Assembly: GCF_001194135.2 (NCBI RefSeq)
Contig: NC_068990.1
Coordinates: 26,099,287 to 26,163,286 of the forward strand
DNA from: Octopus bimaculoides
Lineage: Eukaryota
Reading direction: 5' to 3'
DNA length: 64,000 bases
The position numbers and the translations under genes were made by a program. The notes under the pieces are model-generated. The model was not told the origin of the DNA and ran no database searches. It saw only the letters and a list, made by a program, of their open reading frames with translations. Positions 24,955 through 38,517 of the stretch are shown piece by piece. Within the stretch, counting starts at the first letter, position 1, and every line of letters begins with the position of its first letter.

Positions 24955-25761
24955 NNNNNNNNNNNNNNNNNNNNNNNNNNNNNNNNNNNNNNNNNNNNNN
25001 NNNNNNNNNNNNNNNNNNNNNNNNNNNNNNNNNNNNNNNNNNNNNNNNNNNNNNNNNNNNNNNNNNNNNNNNNNNNNNNNNNNNNNNNNNNNNNNNNNNN
25101 NNNNNNNNNNNNNNNNNNNNNNNNNNNNNNNNNNNNNNNNNNNNNNNNNNNNNNNNNNNNNNNNNNNNNNNNNNNNNNNNNNNNNNNNNNNNNNNNNNNN
25201 NNNNNNNNNNNNNNNNNNNNNNNNNNNNNNNNNNNNNNNNNNNNNNNNNNNNNNNNNNNNNNNNNNNNNNNNNNNNNNNNNNNNNNNNNNNNNNNNNNNN
25301 NNNNNNNNNNNNNNNNNNNNNNNNNNNNNNNNNNNNNNNNNNNNNNNNNNNNNNNNNNNNNNNNNNNNNNNNNNNNNNNNNNNNNNNNNNNNNNNNNNNN
25401 NNNNNNNNNNTTATGACTGTTACAAACTTTGAGCATGATCGTGTAAATCAAAAAAAAAAAAAGTGAGAGAGAGAGCACTTTGCCCTCATGTGTTTATTCC
25501 CTCCCTGCCTGAGGTTACCGTGGTCTTTTCCATAGGATTTTCTTTCCATGGATAAACCTAATCTTACTTTTTACATTTTTAAAACTCTTCTGCGATACAC
25601 GATCCCTTTTCATCGTTTTTTTTTTTCCCTGATCCCTTTTGATCGGAATTTTACTTTTTTTCTTATTTTTCTCCTTTTTTTTTTCATTTTCGAAAAGAAA
25701 AGCTCTACATTTGTATTTGCCCCCTTTGTGTTCAGCCCTGTGTGGCCAATAAAGAAAGTTA

Positions 25762-25794
<33 letters not shown>

Positions 25795-26149
25795 ATATAT
25801 ATACACACATATATATAACTCAAATTAGCAGAAAAACTACCTAAAAATAGTGTCTGTGAGTTGACAAACTAGTGAACAGCTTTTTTTAAAGTTGGCCTTG
25901 CACAAAATATGATCAGAAACTCTCATTATAGATGCAGGATTAATATATATTCAAGCAAAAACTGGAAGATTTCATAGTCTCTGTTTCTATATATGCTTAC
26001 TCAGCAAATATGAATCGCCAAAATTTTCAACTGGTTTCTACGTCTCATTTAAAATAAAATATTATTTACATGCTTTTGAATGTTGGAACTTGCAGATGTG
26101 TTTGACAAGGACACAATCTGCATTATAACCCCTTCTATGCACAGTACGT

Positions 26150-26261
26150 AAATATATATATGTGTGTATACATGTGTGTGTGTGTGTGTGTGTGTGCATA
26201 CATATTTCTACATGAACATGTGCATATGTAAATAAAAATTACAAACATGATACACACACAT

Positions 26262-26311
<50 letters not shown>

Positions 26312-26584
26312 GTATGTATATATATACATATATATATATGTATGTATATATATACATATATATATGTGTATATATATATGTATATATATATACACATATA
26401 TGTATATATATGTATATATGTATATATACATATATATATGTATATATATATGTATATATACATATATATATGTATATATATATATGTATATAAATATATA
26501 TGCATGTATATATATATATACATATACATATATATATGTATATATATACATACATATATATATATGTATGTATGTGTGTATATG

Positions 26585-26642
<58 letters not shown>

Positions 26643-26933
26643 CGTATATATATATATATATAAATATATATATATACACATACACATATATATATGTGCT
26701 GTCATAAAACTTTATTAAAGCATATTTTATAGAGCAAAATATGGTATCACATTGCCTGAAGTAATGTATGATGGAAATATATATTAGTAATAATTTATTT
26801 GTAAGCTGTGACATAAGTTTATGATATAAATATAAAACTGAAAAGAAATTATAATTGGAAATACTCTAACACTAGTGGTGGAATACTTATAAATGTGTGT
26901 CTGTATATATACATACATACATACATCTATATA

Positions 26934-27015
<82 letters not shown>

Positions 27016-27040
27016 TATCTATCTATCTATCTATACAAAT
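26150..27040 (+). repeat. Compound (TA)/(CA)/(TG) microsatellite field
   Basis: Direct reading. Confidence 0.9.
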
Positions 27041-27259
27041 ATATATATTTATTTCAATATATATTCACACACATATATATATGCATTCATATATGTACAC
27101 ATACACACAAACACATTTATTTATCTTAAGCACAGACATTAAATTCCATCTGACCCATGGAAGCATGGAAAAGTGGATAATAGAATGCTGATGATAATGA
27201 AGATATACTAAACACACACACATTACGTAAATGTGTATATAATTGAAAAAAAGCTGGCT

Positions 27260-27618
27260 CTCCATCTGTTACGATGATGAAAATTCTAGTTGATCTGATC
27301 AACAGAACAGCCTTGTCATGAAATTAACAGACAAGTGGTTGAGTACTCCACAGACACGTGTACCTTTAATGTAGTTCTCAAGTGAGATTCAGTGTGACAC
27401 AGTGTGTGACAAGGCTGGCCCTTTGAATTACAGGTACAACAGAAAGAGGAAGAAAGAGTGAGAGAATGTGGTGTAAGAGTACAGCCCCTGTCGGAACCTT
27501 GTGGAGCTTTAGGTGTTTTCACTCAATAAAACACTCACGACACCCGGTCTGGAGATTGAACCCGTGATCCTAGGACCGTGAGTCCGCTGCCTTAACCACT
27601 GGGCCATTGCACCTCCAC
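27260..27618 (-). mobile_element. tRNA-derived SINE with family F tail and a distinct head
   Basis: Minus strand GGCCCAGTGGTTAAGG (A box), GGTTCAATCTCC (B box), then TTGTACCTGTAATTCAAAGGGCCAGCC. Confidence 0.75.
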
Positions 27619-27725
27619 AATACATTCATGTACACATACTCATAACCACTTTTTCCATTTGATACATATATATGTTTGTTTGCATGTATGTACACACACA
27701 CACCCCATACACACATTGTCACATA

Positions 27726-27766
<41 letters not shown>

Positions 27767-27769
27767 TCT

Positions 27770-28218
27770 TTTATTCTTTTACTTGTTTCAATCATTTGAC
27801 TGCGGCCATGCTGGCACACTGCCTTTAGTCAAAGAAATTACCCCAGGAGGACTTATCCTTTGTAAGCCTAGTACATATTCTATCAGTCTCTTTTGCCAAA
27901 CTGCTAAGTTACAGGGACATAAACACACCAACATTGGTTGTCAAGTGATGGTGGGGGACAAACACAGGCACACAAACGCACACACACACACATACACACC
28001 AACGTAGACCTCGCTGGTGTTGGTGCCATGTAAAAAGAACCCAGTACACTGTGTAGAGTGGTTGGTGACAGGAAGAGCACCAAGTAGTAGAAGCCGTGCC
28101 AAAACAGATGGCTGGAGCCTGCTAGGTAATGCTCCAGGTTGCCAGCTCATGTCAAACCGTCCAACTCATGCCAGCAGGGAAAAACGGACGTTAAATAATG
28201 ATGATGATGATGATGATG
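27770..28218. mobile_element. Family A tail (-, 27770-27990) and family C (+, 28005-28218)
   Basis: Family motifs as above. Confidence 0.7.
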
Positions 28219-28429
28219 ATACACACACACACATACACACACAAACAGACACACATACACACACACACATGCACACAAATGCACACACATACATGCATAC
28301 ACACACATACACATACATACACACATGCACACATACACACACATACATATGCACACACACATACACATATACACACACATATACACACATACACATACAC
28401 ACATGCATACACACACATACACACATGCA

Positions 28430-29215
28430 TACACACATAATACACACACACGCATAATATACACACACACACATAATACACACACACACACACATAATAC
28501 ACACACGCACATAATACACACACACACGCATAATACACACACACACACATAATACACACACACATAATACACACACACACACATAATACACACACACACA
28601 TAATACACACACACACATAATACACACACACACACATAATACACACACGCACACATAATACACACATACACATAATACACACACACACATAATACACACA
28701 TAATACACACACACACATGATACACACACACACATAATACACACACACACATAATACACACACACATAATACACACACACACACATAATACACACACACA
28801 CATAATACACACACACACACATAATACACACACACACACAATACACACACACACATAATACACACACACATACATAATACACACACACATAATACACACA
28901 CACATAATACACAGACACACATAATACACACACACACATAATACACACACACACACATAATACACACACACATACATAATACACACACACATAATACACA
29001 CACACACATAATATACAGACACACATAATACACACACACACATAATACACACACACACATAATACACACACACACATAATACACACACACACATAATACA
29101 CACACACACATAATACACACACACACACATAATACACACACACACATAATACACACACACACATAATACACACACACACACATAATACACACACACACAT
29201 AATACACACACACAC
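28430..29215 (+). repeat. Minisatellite of (CA)4-8 separated by TAATA
   Basis: Dozens of ACATAATACACACAC... units; source of the spurious C/V/Y-rich ORFs. Confidence 0.95.
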
Positions 29216-30494
29216 CCATCTTGCCTATTGATTACCATTACTATTGAGGTTTTGCGTAGTCTTTCTCCTTATTGCCTGCATGTGTATCTGTGCATGTTTG
29301 CCTGTGTGTGTGTTTTTATTTATATGTCTCTGTGCCTTTCAGCATTTCTGTGTGTATGCGTGTGTGTATGCATGTATATGCGTGTGCATGTGTGTGTGTG
29401 TGTGTGTGTGTGTGTTGTATCTTTGCTGTCCTTACCCCCACCGCACCTCACCTCACCCCACCCTGATCGCAACATTTAACATTTATCAATTTATTTGATT
29501 CAAATCTAATTAAGAAGTACATTAATTACCAATTAAGTCAGCCCCCCACCCACTTCCCACCAATGAATCGCACGATTTCTTTTTTATTTATTTATTTATT
29601 TATTATTTATATATATATATATTTTTTTTTACAATTTCTTTTTCTCCCATTTTAAAAATAGATAATTTTCTCTTCTGATCTTTCTCATTTTGTTCTATNN
29701 NNNNNNNNNNNNNNNNNNNNNNNNNNNNNNNNNNNNNNNNNNNNNNNNNNNNNNNNNNNNNNNNNNNNNNNNNNNNNNNNNNNNNNNNNNNNNNNNNNNN
29801 NNNNNNNNNNNNNNNNNNNNNNNNNNNNNNNNNNNNNNNNNNNNNNNNNNNNNNNNNNNNNNNNNNNNNNNNNNNNNNNNNNNNNNNNNNNNNNNNNNNN
29901 NNNNNNNNNNNNNNNNNNNNNNNNNNNNNNNNNNNNNNNNNNNNNNNNNNNNNNNNNNNNNNNNNNNNNNNNNNNNNNNNNNNNNNNNNNNNNNNNNNNN
30001 NNNNNNNNNNNNNNNNNNNNNNNNNNNNNNNNNNNNNNNNNNNNNNNNNNNNNNNNNNNNNNNNNNNNNNNNNNNNNNNNNNNNNNNNNNNNNNNNNNNN
30101 NNNNNNNNNNNNNNNNNNNNNNNNNNNNNNNNNNNNNNNNNNNNNNNNNNNNNNNNNNNNNNNNNNNNNNNNNNNNNNNNNNNNNNNNNNNNNNNNNNNN
30201 NNNNNNNNNNNNNNNNNNNNNNNNNNNNNNNNNNNNNNNNNNNNNNNNNNNNNNNNNNNNNNNNNNNNNNNNNNNNNNNNNNNNNNNNNNNNNNNNNNNN
30301 NNNNNNNNNNNNNNNNNNNNNNNNNNNNNNNNNNNNNNNNNNNNNNNNNNNNNNNNNNNNNNNNNNNNNNNNNNNNNNNNNNNNNNNNNNNNNNNNNNNN
30401 NNNNNNNNNNNNNNNNNNNNNNNNNNNNNNNNNNNNNNNNNNNNNNNNNNNNNNNNNNNNNNNNNCAGCAGCAGCAGCAGCTCTTTCTTATTTT

Positions 30495-30695
30495 TAGCAC
30501 AAGGCCAGCAATTTCGATGGGAGGAGAAGCTGATTACATTGACCCCCAGTGTTTACTTGGTGCTTTATTTCAATGGTCCCAAGAGGATGGCAAGCAAAGT
30601 CGACCTCAGAGGAATTTGAACTCAGAACATGAAAAGGTCAACACATCATTAAGCATTTATCTCCAGCCTCCAGCATGCTAATGATTCTGTCATTT
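30495..30695 (-). mobile_element. Diverged family B SINE
   Basis: GCAAAGTCGACCTCAGAGGAATTTGAACTCAGAAC. Confidence 0.7.
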
Positions 30696-30729
30696 CATTG
30701 CATCATCATCATCATCATTGTTGTTGTTG

Positions 30730-31099
30730 TCATCATTGTTTAACGTCTGCTTTCAATGCTGGCATGGGTTGGACGGTTCGACCGGGGTCTGGGAAGCCAG
30801 GAGGCTGCACCAGGCTCCAGTCTGATCTAGCAATGTTTCTACAGCTGGATGCCCTTCCTAGTGCCAACCACTCCGAGAGTGTAGTGGGTGCTTTTTACGT
30901 GCCACCAGCATGGGAGCCAGTCAGGTGGCACTGGCATCGACCACGTTCGGATGGTGCTTTTTACGTGCCAAATCCACTCACAAGGCTTTTGTCAGCCCGA
31001 GGCTATAATAGAAGACACTTGCCCAAGGTGCCATGCAGTGGAACTGAACCCAGAACCATGTGATTGGGAAGCAAGTTTCTTACCACACAGCCACTCCTG

Positions 31100-31105
<6 letters not shown>
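30730..31105 (-). mobile_element. Family C tail joined to a family A head; repeated at 31414-31762
   Basis: C motifs to ~30965, then AAATCCACTCACAAGGC...CACACAGCCACTCCTG. Confidence 0.75.
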
Positions 31106-31155
<50 letters not shown>

Positions 31156-31758
31156 GGTACAGGAGTATATATATATATATATTTACACNNNNNNNNNNNN
31201 NNNNNNNNNNNNNNNNNNNNNNNNNNNNNNNNNNNNNNNNNNNNNNNNNNNNNNNNNNNNNNNNNNNNNNNNNNNNNNNNNNNNNNNNNNNNNNNNNNNN
31301 NNNNNNNNNNNNNNNNNNNNNNNNNNNNNNNNNNNNNNNNNNNNNNNNNNNNNNNNNNNNNNNNNNNNNNNNNNNNNNNNNNNNNNNNNNNNNNNNNNNN
31401 NNNNNNNNNNNNNAATGCTGGCATGGGTTGGACGGTTCGACCGGGGTCTGGGAAGCCAGGAGGCTGCACCAGGCTCCAGTCTGATCTAGCAATGTTTCTA
31501 CAGCTGGATGCCCTTCCTAGTGCCAACCACTCCGAGAGTGTAGTGGGTGCTTTTTACGTGCCACCAGCATGGGAGCCAGTCAGGTGGCACTGGCATCGAC
31601 CACGTTCGGATGGTGCTTTTTACGTGCCAAATCCACTCACAAGGCTTTTGTCAGCCCGAGGCTATAATAGAAGACACTTGCCCAAGGTGCCATGCAGTGG
31701 AACTGAACCCAGAACCATGTGATTGGGAAGCAAGTTTCTTACCACACAGCCACTCCTG

Positions 31759-31814
<56 letters not shown>

Positions 31815-32172
31815 GGTACAGGAGTATATATATATATATATTTACACACACACACAAACACACACACAAACCAAACACACACTTATATGTGTGTGTTTGT
31901 GTTGAGTTTGTCAACGCCCCTTTGACAACCATTGTTGGTTTGTTTATGTCCCTATAACTTAGCAGTTCGACACAGAATAAGAAGCAGGCTTTTAAAATAA
32001 AGAGCTGGGGTTGATTTGTTTGGCTAAAATCCTTCAAGGTGGTGCCCCAGTATGGCCACAGTCAAAGACAAAAAGTACACATTTAATCCTGTTTAGAATG
32101 ATATAATAAGAAGTTTGCTGACTCCTGAATTAGATCCTGGATACTCCTTGTTTATATCAATTGTAGTCATTG

Positions 32173-32221
<49 letters not shown>

Positions 32222-33203
32222 CTCTCTCATTAAGTCTTGTCCTCTCCCTCATCTTCTGAATCCCTGTTTTTAAAACCAAGCATAAACATTCCATTGAAAA
32301 CTGGTGTTTTGGAGAGAAAAACAACAAAAAATATCTGCAGCAAGTTGAGTGAAAGTGGGAGGAGAGAGAGGAGAGAAAGAGAGAGAATGAAGAATGATGT
32401 AATAGGAAAGAGAGAGAGAGAGGAACGATAGGCAGTATGAGAGAGAGAGAGAGAGAGAGAGAGAAAAACGATAGGCAGTATGAGAGAGAGAGAGAGAGAG
32501 GAGGGAGAACAATGGGGAAAGAAAGGGAGAACAAGGGAGAAAGAGCGAGAGAGAGAGTAGGAAAAAGAATGTAGTAGAAGAGAGAGAAATGATAGAGTGA
32601 ATGAGAGAGGGGGAGAAAGAAAGAGAGAGAAAGAGGTATCATTTTGGGAAAAGTAAAAGTGGGAGTGTCTGGTGAAAGGGAGAGGGAGAGAGAGAGAGAG
32701 AAAAGGGAGAGAATAAGAGAAAAGGGAAAGTAAGAAAAATGAGATAGAGTAAGAATTAATGTGAGTGAGTAAGGAGAGAGAGAGAGAGAGAAAACGAGGT
32801 GTTAAAACATCTAAAGACTATAAACATCTTGTGAGAAAGAGAGAGGGAGGAGGAGGGAAGAACTAGAGGCGTAGTAAGAGTGAAAGGAGATGAAAGAGAG
32901 AGAGAGAGAGGTGGATATATAGGGATGTGTCTCCTTTTCTTTTTCATTGCATATACACAAACCTACTGAATACCTGTCGCGCGTGTGTGTGTGTGTGTGT
33001 CTCGATGTCTCTCTCAGTCAATCCTTATGTCTCTCTGTCTGTCTCTCTCTGTCTCCATGTGTGCGCGCGTGTCTTTTTGTGCTTCTCTCTTGGTTCATTC
33101 ATAACACAACCCATTTCGTCGCCGACTCTGTTTAAAGTGAAAACACTTGTTTTCAAGTGGGTTTGTTGAGAAATATCTATAGCATGTAGCCATTGATAGG
33201 TTT

Positions 33204-33265
<62 letters not shown>

Positions 33266-33431
33266 GAGAGAGAAAGGGAAAGAAAGAGAGAGAGGTGAGA
33301 GAGAAGTGCAAGTTGATAGTAAACAAGAGAAATACAGTATGTACGCATACATACACATTACTCTATGTATCTATTTATTTATCTACACATCTCTCTTTAT
33401 CTCTTTCTCTCTATCTCTCTAGCTACACACA

Positions 33432-33473
<42 letters not shown>

Positions 33474-34030
33474 CTATCTATCTATCTATCTATCTATCTA
33501 CCTATATCTGTCTATCTATCTATGTCTATCTATCTATCTATCTATTATATACTATACATACACACATCTATAAAAATATAGAGACAAAGAGAAGCAGATG
33601 ATGATGACGATGATAACAATGAAAATAACGATGATGATGATGATGATGATGATGATAATGAAACAACAACAACAACAACAAAAAGAAAGAAGAAGAAAAG
33701 CTAATTTTCTATTGTCTTTTTATTGAATTTATTTATTTTCAACTTTTGTTTATCAAAAGGTGTGTTCTTTTCGTTTTCTTTGTTTTTGTTTTTTTGGTCT
33801 CTGGTTTCTTTTCAAGTCATTGTTGTTGCTGTTGTTGTACAATTCTTTTTATTGTCATCAATCTATGTCCTCCATGAAATACTACAAGTCTTACTTCTTT
33901 TTCTTCTTCTTCTTCTTCTTCTTCTTCTTCCCATTCTTCACAATTTGGCTTTTCAATGTTTGTTTGTTTTTCCACTTTGCTTTCTTTCTTTCTTTCATTT
34001 ATTTATTTATTTATCTATTTATTGGTATGT

Positions 34031-34069
<39 letters not shown>

Positions 34070-35185
34070 ATATGTTTCCCTTCCTCTCTCTCTCTTTCCC
34101 CTGTTCATTGACTGGGTTTCGTTTGTTCTCCTTGGTACCAAGGCCTTCATAGTCATCATCATCATCATCATCATCCACAATAACATTAAGATTCTCATCA
34201 TCATCATCACCACTACCATGGACAGCATTATAGTTAGTATATCACTTCACCACCACCACCACCACCACCACCATTATCATCATCATCATCATCATCATCA
34301 TCATTATTATTGTTGTTGTTGTTGTTAATATAGTTTATGGTTTCTTTTGTCCCTTTTTTTTGGAGGTGGGGGGAAACTTTTCTTGGCTAGTCCCCCTCCC
34401 CCACATCCAGTTAATACAGCTGTTCTATCAGTTTTTTTCTTCATTTCTTTCATCCCCTTTTCCTTCTCCTTCTTAGATTCCTTCCATCTCCTNNNNNNNN
34501 NNNNNNNNNNNNNNNNNNNNNNNNNNNNNNNNNNNNNNNNNNNNNNNNNNNNNNNNNNNNNNNNNNNNNNNNNNNNNNNNNNNNNNNNNNNNNNNNNNNN
34601 NNNNNNNNNNNNNNNNNNNNNNNNNNNNNNNNNNNNNNNNNNNNNNNNNNNNNNNNNNNNNNNNNNNNNNNNNNNNNNNNNNNNNNNNNNNNNNNNNNNN
34701 NNNNNNNNNNNNNNNNNNNNNNNNNNNNNNNNNNNNNNNNNNNNNNNCCCCCCCCCCCCACCTTTCCTAATTTTCTTCTTCTCTCTCTTCATCTCAGCCA
34801 TCATATTTTTCATTATTCTTTCTTTCATCTTCATTATTTTACATTATTCCCCTATCAACACTTCTCTCCTCTTCACCTCATCTCATTATCACCAACTTTA
34901 GTCTTCCTCTCTCTCTCTCTCTCTTTCTTCCTTATTTCCCCCTCTTCATCTTTACATAATGTGAAAACATGTAGCTTAGTAGATTGGGTAGTCGGCTCAT
35001 GGTCACAAGGTCATGGGTTCGATACCCAGTAGCACGTCATGTCCTTGAGCAAGACACTTTATTTCACGTTGCTCCAGTTCACTCAACTGGCAAAAATGAG
35101 TTGTACCTGTAATTCAAAAGGGGCCAGCCTTGTCACATTGTGTGCCATGTTGAATCTTCTCGAGAACTACATGAAGGGTACACAT

Positions 35186-35640
35186 GCGCAGGAGTTGCTG
35201 CGTGGTAAGTAGCTTGCTTACCAACCACATGGTTCTGGGTTCAGTCCCACTGTGTGGCACCTCGGGCAAGTGTTTTCTACTATAGCCTCGGACCGACAAA
35301 AGCCTTGTGAGTGGATTTGGTAGGTGGAAACTGAAAGAAGCCCATCGTAAATGTGTATATATATGTGTGTGTATATGTTTGTGCGTCTGTGTTTGTTCTC
35401 CCCAACATTACTTGACAACTGATGCTGGTGTGTTTACGTCCCGTAACTTAGCAGTTCGGCAAAAAGAGACCGATAGAATAAGTACTAGGCTTACAAAGAA
35501 TAAGTCCTGGGGTCGATNNNNNNNNNNCGATAGAATAAGTACTAGGCTTACAAAGAATAAGTCCTGGGGTCGATTTGCTTGACTAAAAGGTGGTGCTCCA
35601 GCATGGCCGCAGTTAAGTGATTGAAACAAGTAAAGAGTAT
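35186..35640 (+). mobile_element. Full-length family A SINE nested in family F
   Basis: GCGCAGGAGTTGCTGCGTGGTAAG to GAAACAAGTAAAGAG; small gap-associated duplication inside. Confidence 0.9.
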
Positions 35641-35728
35641 GTCTGTGGAGCACTCAGCCGCATGCACATTAATTTTATGAGTGGGCTGTTCCATTAATTG
35701 AATCAACTGGAACCCTCATTGTCATAAT

Positions 35729-36131
35729 CAGAGTTGTGGAGTGAAAACAAAAACTTTGGCTCTGACTCCTCTACTATTAGTGCCTCCGACTCTGACTCCT
35801 CTACTATTAGTGCCTCTGACTCTGACTCCTCTACTATTAGTGCCTCCGACTCTGACTCCTCTACTATTAGTGCCTCCGACTCTGACTCCTCTACTATTAG
35901 CGCCTCCGACTCTGACTCCTCTTTATGTAATTAAGTGATTGTGGTCTACACATCTCATAAAATAAAGCATAAGCATACGCTTGTACTGTGAGTAGGCCTA
36001 TATGTTATAACTGTTTTATATTAAAGAATAAAGACATTGTGAGTCAGTGTTGGAGTCGGTATAGTTTCATCGACTCTGACTCCAGATCCAGCAACCCCTT
36101 AATTGTTTCCAACTGTGACTCCACAGCCCTG
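35729..36131. mobile_element. hAT-type MITE
   Basis: TIRs CAGAGTTGTGGAGT / ACTCCACAGCCCTG; 8-bp TSD GTCATAAT (35721-28) / GTCATAAC (36132-39). Confidence 0.85.
35760..35922 (+). repeat. 30-bp tandem repeat, about 5.4 copies, inside the MITE
   Basis: Unit TCTGACTCCTCTACTATTAGTGCCTCCGAC. Confidence 0.95.
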
Positions 36132-36164
36132 GTCATAACTAACAGAGTGCCAGTTATGTGAATG

Positions 36165-36500
36165 TGTGAAGCTTAGTGATGAGGGTGCTGCACTCGTGAC
36201 TCTAAGTCTGTGGTTTCAATTCCTGGACTGGGCGGTGACAATGCATTATGTTCTTGAGCACAACACTTCATTTCATATCGCTCCATCTCCATCATCATCA
36301 TCATCAGCATCATTTAACATCCATCCTCCATACTGGCATGAACTGGACAAGTCCACTCAGCTGCTGTGATGGAGTTAATGCTGTGATGGACTAGCATCCC
36401 ATCCAGGGGATGAAGAGTGTTGTAATCTCATTCACTTATATGCCATGGAAACTGGGTTAAGCTTTGGCATTATGATCCCTAAGGGGTCATGACAGACCCA
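36165..36500 (+). mobile_element. Diverged SINE with a V-domain-like motif, interrupted by a family C fragment
   Basis: tRNA-like head, then GTGATGGACTAGCATCCCATCCAGGGG; similar motif near 51427. Confidence 0.45.
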
Positions 36501-37712
36501 AGATTATTTATATTTCCTACCTCCCTCCCTCCCTCCCTCCCTTCCTCTTCTCCTCTAATTTCTTTCNNNNNNNNNNNNNNNNNNNNNNNNNNNNNNNNNN
36601 NNNNNNNNNNNNNNNNNNNNNNNNNNNNNNNNNNNNNNNNNNNNNNNNNNNNNNNNNNNNNNNNNNNNNNNNNNNNNNNNNNNNNNNNNNNNNNNNNNNN
36701 NNNNNNNTCTATATTCCTTCTTGCTCTTTCTCCTCCTCCCTTACTTCTACTTATATACTTCCTCTCCATCTCCACACCCACCCTTAGTCTTTCTCTCCCT
36801 CTCTTTCTCCCTCACCCCCTCTCTCTACATTTATTTTCTCATTTCCCTCTCCCTCCCTCCCTCCTCCAACCCTCCCCTTCTTATTCCCTCCCCCCATTCT
36901 CCATTCATTCCCACAATCTAAGTTCCCCCCTGCTTCTCCTCTTTCATTTTACACACTCACCCATCCACTCCGTCACCCCTCACCATATCCCCTAATCCTT
37001 TTTTTACTAGTATTTTCATCTCTATGCAAAGTGTCTATTTACATATCTTTTCCTCTAACCCCCCCACTTCCCATGCCTACCTCTTCTCATACTTCAAATA
37101 CCAGCTCCGTACTCTATTCTCTACTCCGCACTCAACTCCCCACCACCACCACCACGTCGTCTTTATACCCCTTTGCTTTTTTACTTTCTCCTCCTCCTAC
37201 AACTCCTTTTCACCCCTATTTTTCATTGACTACTATTTACTTTCACTTTCTATTCTCTCCAGTTTCACTTTCGTTACAGCCACCACTCCTGTTCCCGTCC
37301 CCACCCACTGGTTTCACTTTCACTTTCAATATCACCACCACCACCACTGCCACCCACATTTTCCTACTTCTTACCTTCTCATATTCCTTTTCTTTCCTTT
37401 CTACTTTCTCATCCCCCCCATCATAACTATTTCCTCTCACCCTCTTTATTTCTTTTCCTCCCTCTCTCTCATCATCTCTCACTCTACCTCTTCCTTTTAT
37501 CCCTCTTCCATCACTTTCTCGTCTTCATCTTTTCAGTCTCTCACTTCTTTATCTCTTCTCCTCCCTCTTTCTCTCATTCCTTACCTCCTCTCTCTACTCT
37601 TTCATTCTTTTCTATATCTCACCCTCCTCTATCTTTCCTCTCATTCTCTTCCTATTTCTCTCCCTCTCCTTCTCTGTCTCTCGCTGCCTCACATTCTCCT
37701 TTAACTCTCTCC

Positions 37713-37965
37713 TCATCTCCCTTTCTTGCTCTCCTCTCTCTCTTGCTCTCCCCTCTCTCTTGCTCTCCCCTCTCTCTTGCTCTCCTCTCCTCTCTCTCTT
37801 GCTCTCCTCTCTTTCACTTGCTCTCGTCTCTCTCTTGCTCTCCTCTCTCTCTCTTGCTCTCCTCTCTCTCTCTTGCTCTCCTCTCTCTCTCTTGCTCTCC
37901 TCTCTTTCACTTGCTCTCCTCTCTCTCTTGCTCTCCTCTCTCTCTTGCTCTCCTCTCTCCCATTA
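37713..37965 (+). repeat. Variable CTCTCTTGCTCTC tandem repeat within a ~1.5-kb pyrimidine-rich tract
   Basis: Direct reading. Confidence 0.85.
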
Positions 37966-38484
37966 CCACCTTTATCTCTCCTCTGTCCTCTCTCTCCCTC
38001 CCTCTTTCTCCATATCTCTCTCTCCCTCTCCCCCACTCTCTCCCTCTCCCTCTCCCCCTCTCTCTCCCTCTCCCCTTTCCGATATTACTCGTCTGTCTGT
38101 AACGCACTGTATATAGAAGGGAATAACAAAAACATATATAAAAGACGGCAACAACATCAACAACAACAACACCGACAGCAGTATTGAATCAATCTGCTAA
38201 TGTTACACATAACAGACAGTTGTATTGTGAAAGGGTAAAGAAGAAGAAGAAGAAGAAGAGAATGACAACAAGAACAACAACAACAACAACAACGATGGCG
38301 GCACACACAAAAATATAAAATAAAGCAAAATGAAATAATAAAATAGAATTTTAAGAAAATAAAAAAAAAACAAACATAAAAAACAACTACAACAAAAAAA
38401 AACAGCCTAAAAACCAAACAAAACAAATGTTCTTCGAATATTGGAGTATCGGAATATTGGAGGAGTATTAGGAGTTATGTTAGT

Positions 38485-38517
<33 letters not shown>

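Larger units (their letters stand above)
34961..36156 (+). mobile_element. Family F SINE split into three parts by nested insertions (34961-35185, 35641-35728, 36132-36156)
   Basis: Pieces rejoin colinearly with the uninterrupted tail at 27260-27450 (GGGTACAC|GTCTGTGGAG; CATCGTAAC). Confidence 0.8.

Noticed and set aside
28147-29238. 340-360 aa C/V/Y-rich ORFs
   Set aside because: They are translations of a CA/TAATA minisatellite; the same applies to the other IY, HT, poly-I, poly-Y and poly-M ORFs
30755-31850. Identical ~430-bp direct duplication
   Set aside because: The two copies flank a gap and are identical, so this is most likely redundant contig ends
33105-33170. Possible pre-miRNA hairpin
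   Set aside because: Pairing is limited to short ends, and I recognise no conserved miRNA sequence
35186-35260. tRNA-like A/B boxes here and in other SINE heads
   Set aside because: No complete cloverleaf or acceptor stem; these are SINE heads, not tRNA genes
35734-35934. SDSDSSTISA-repeat ORF resembling a serine/aspartate-rich protein
   Set aside because: It lies inside a TSD-flanked MITE and is a by-product of the 30-bp array
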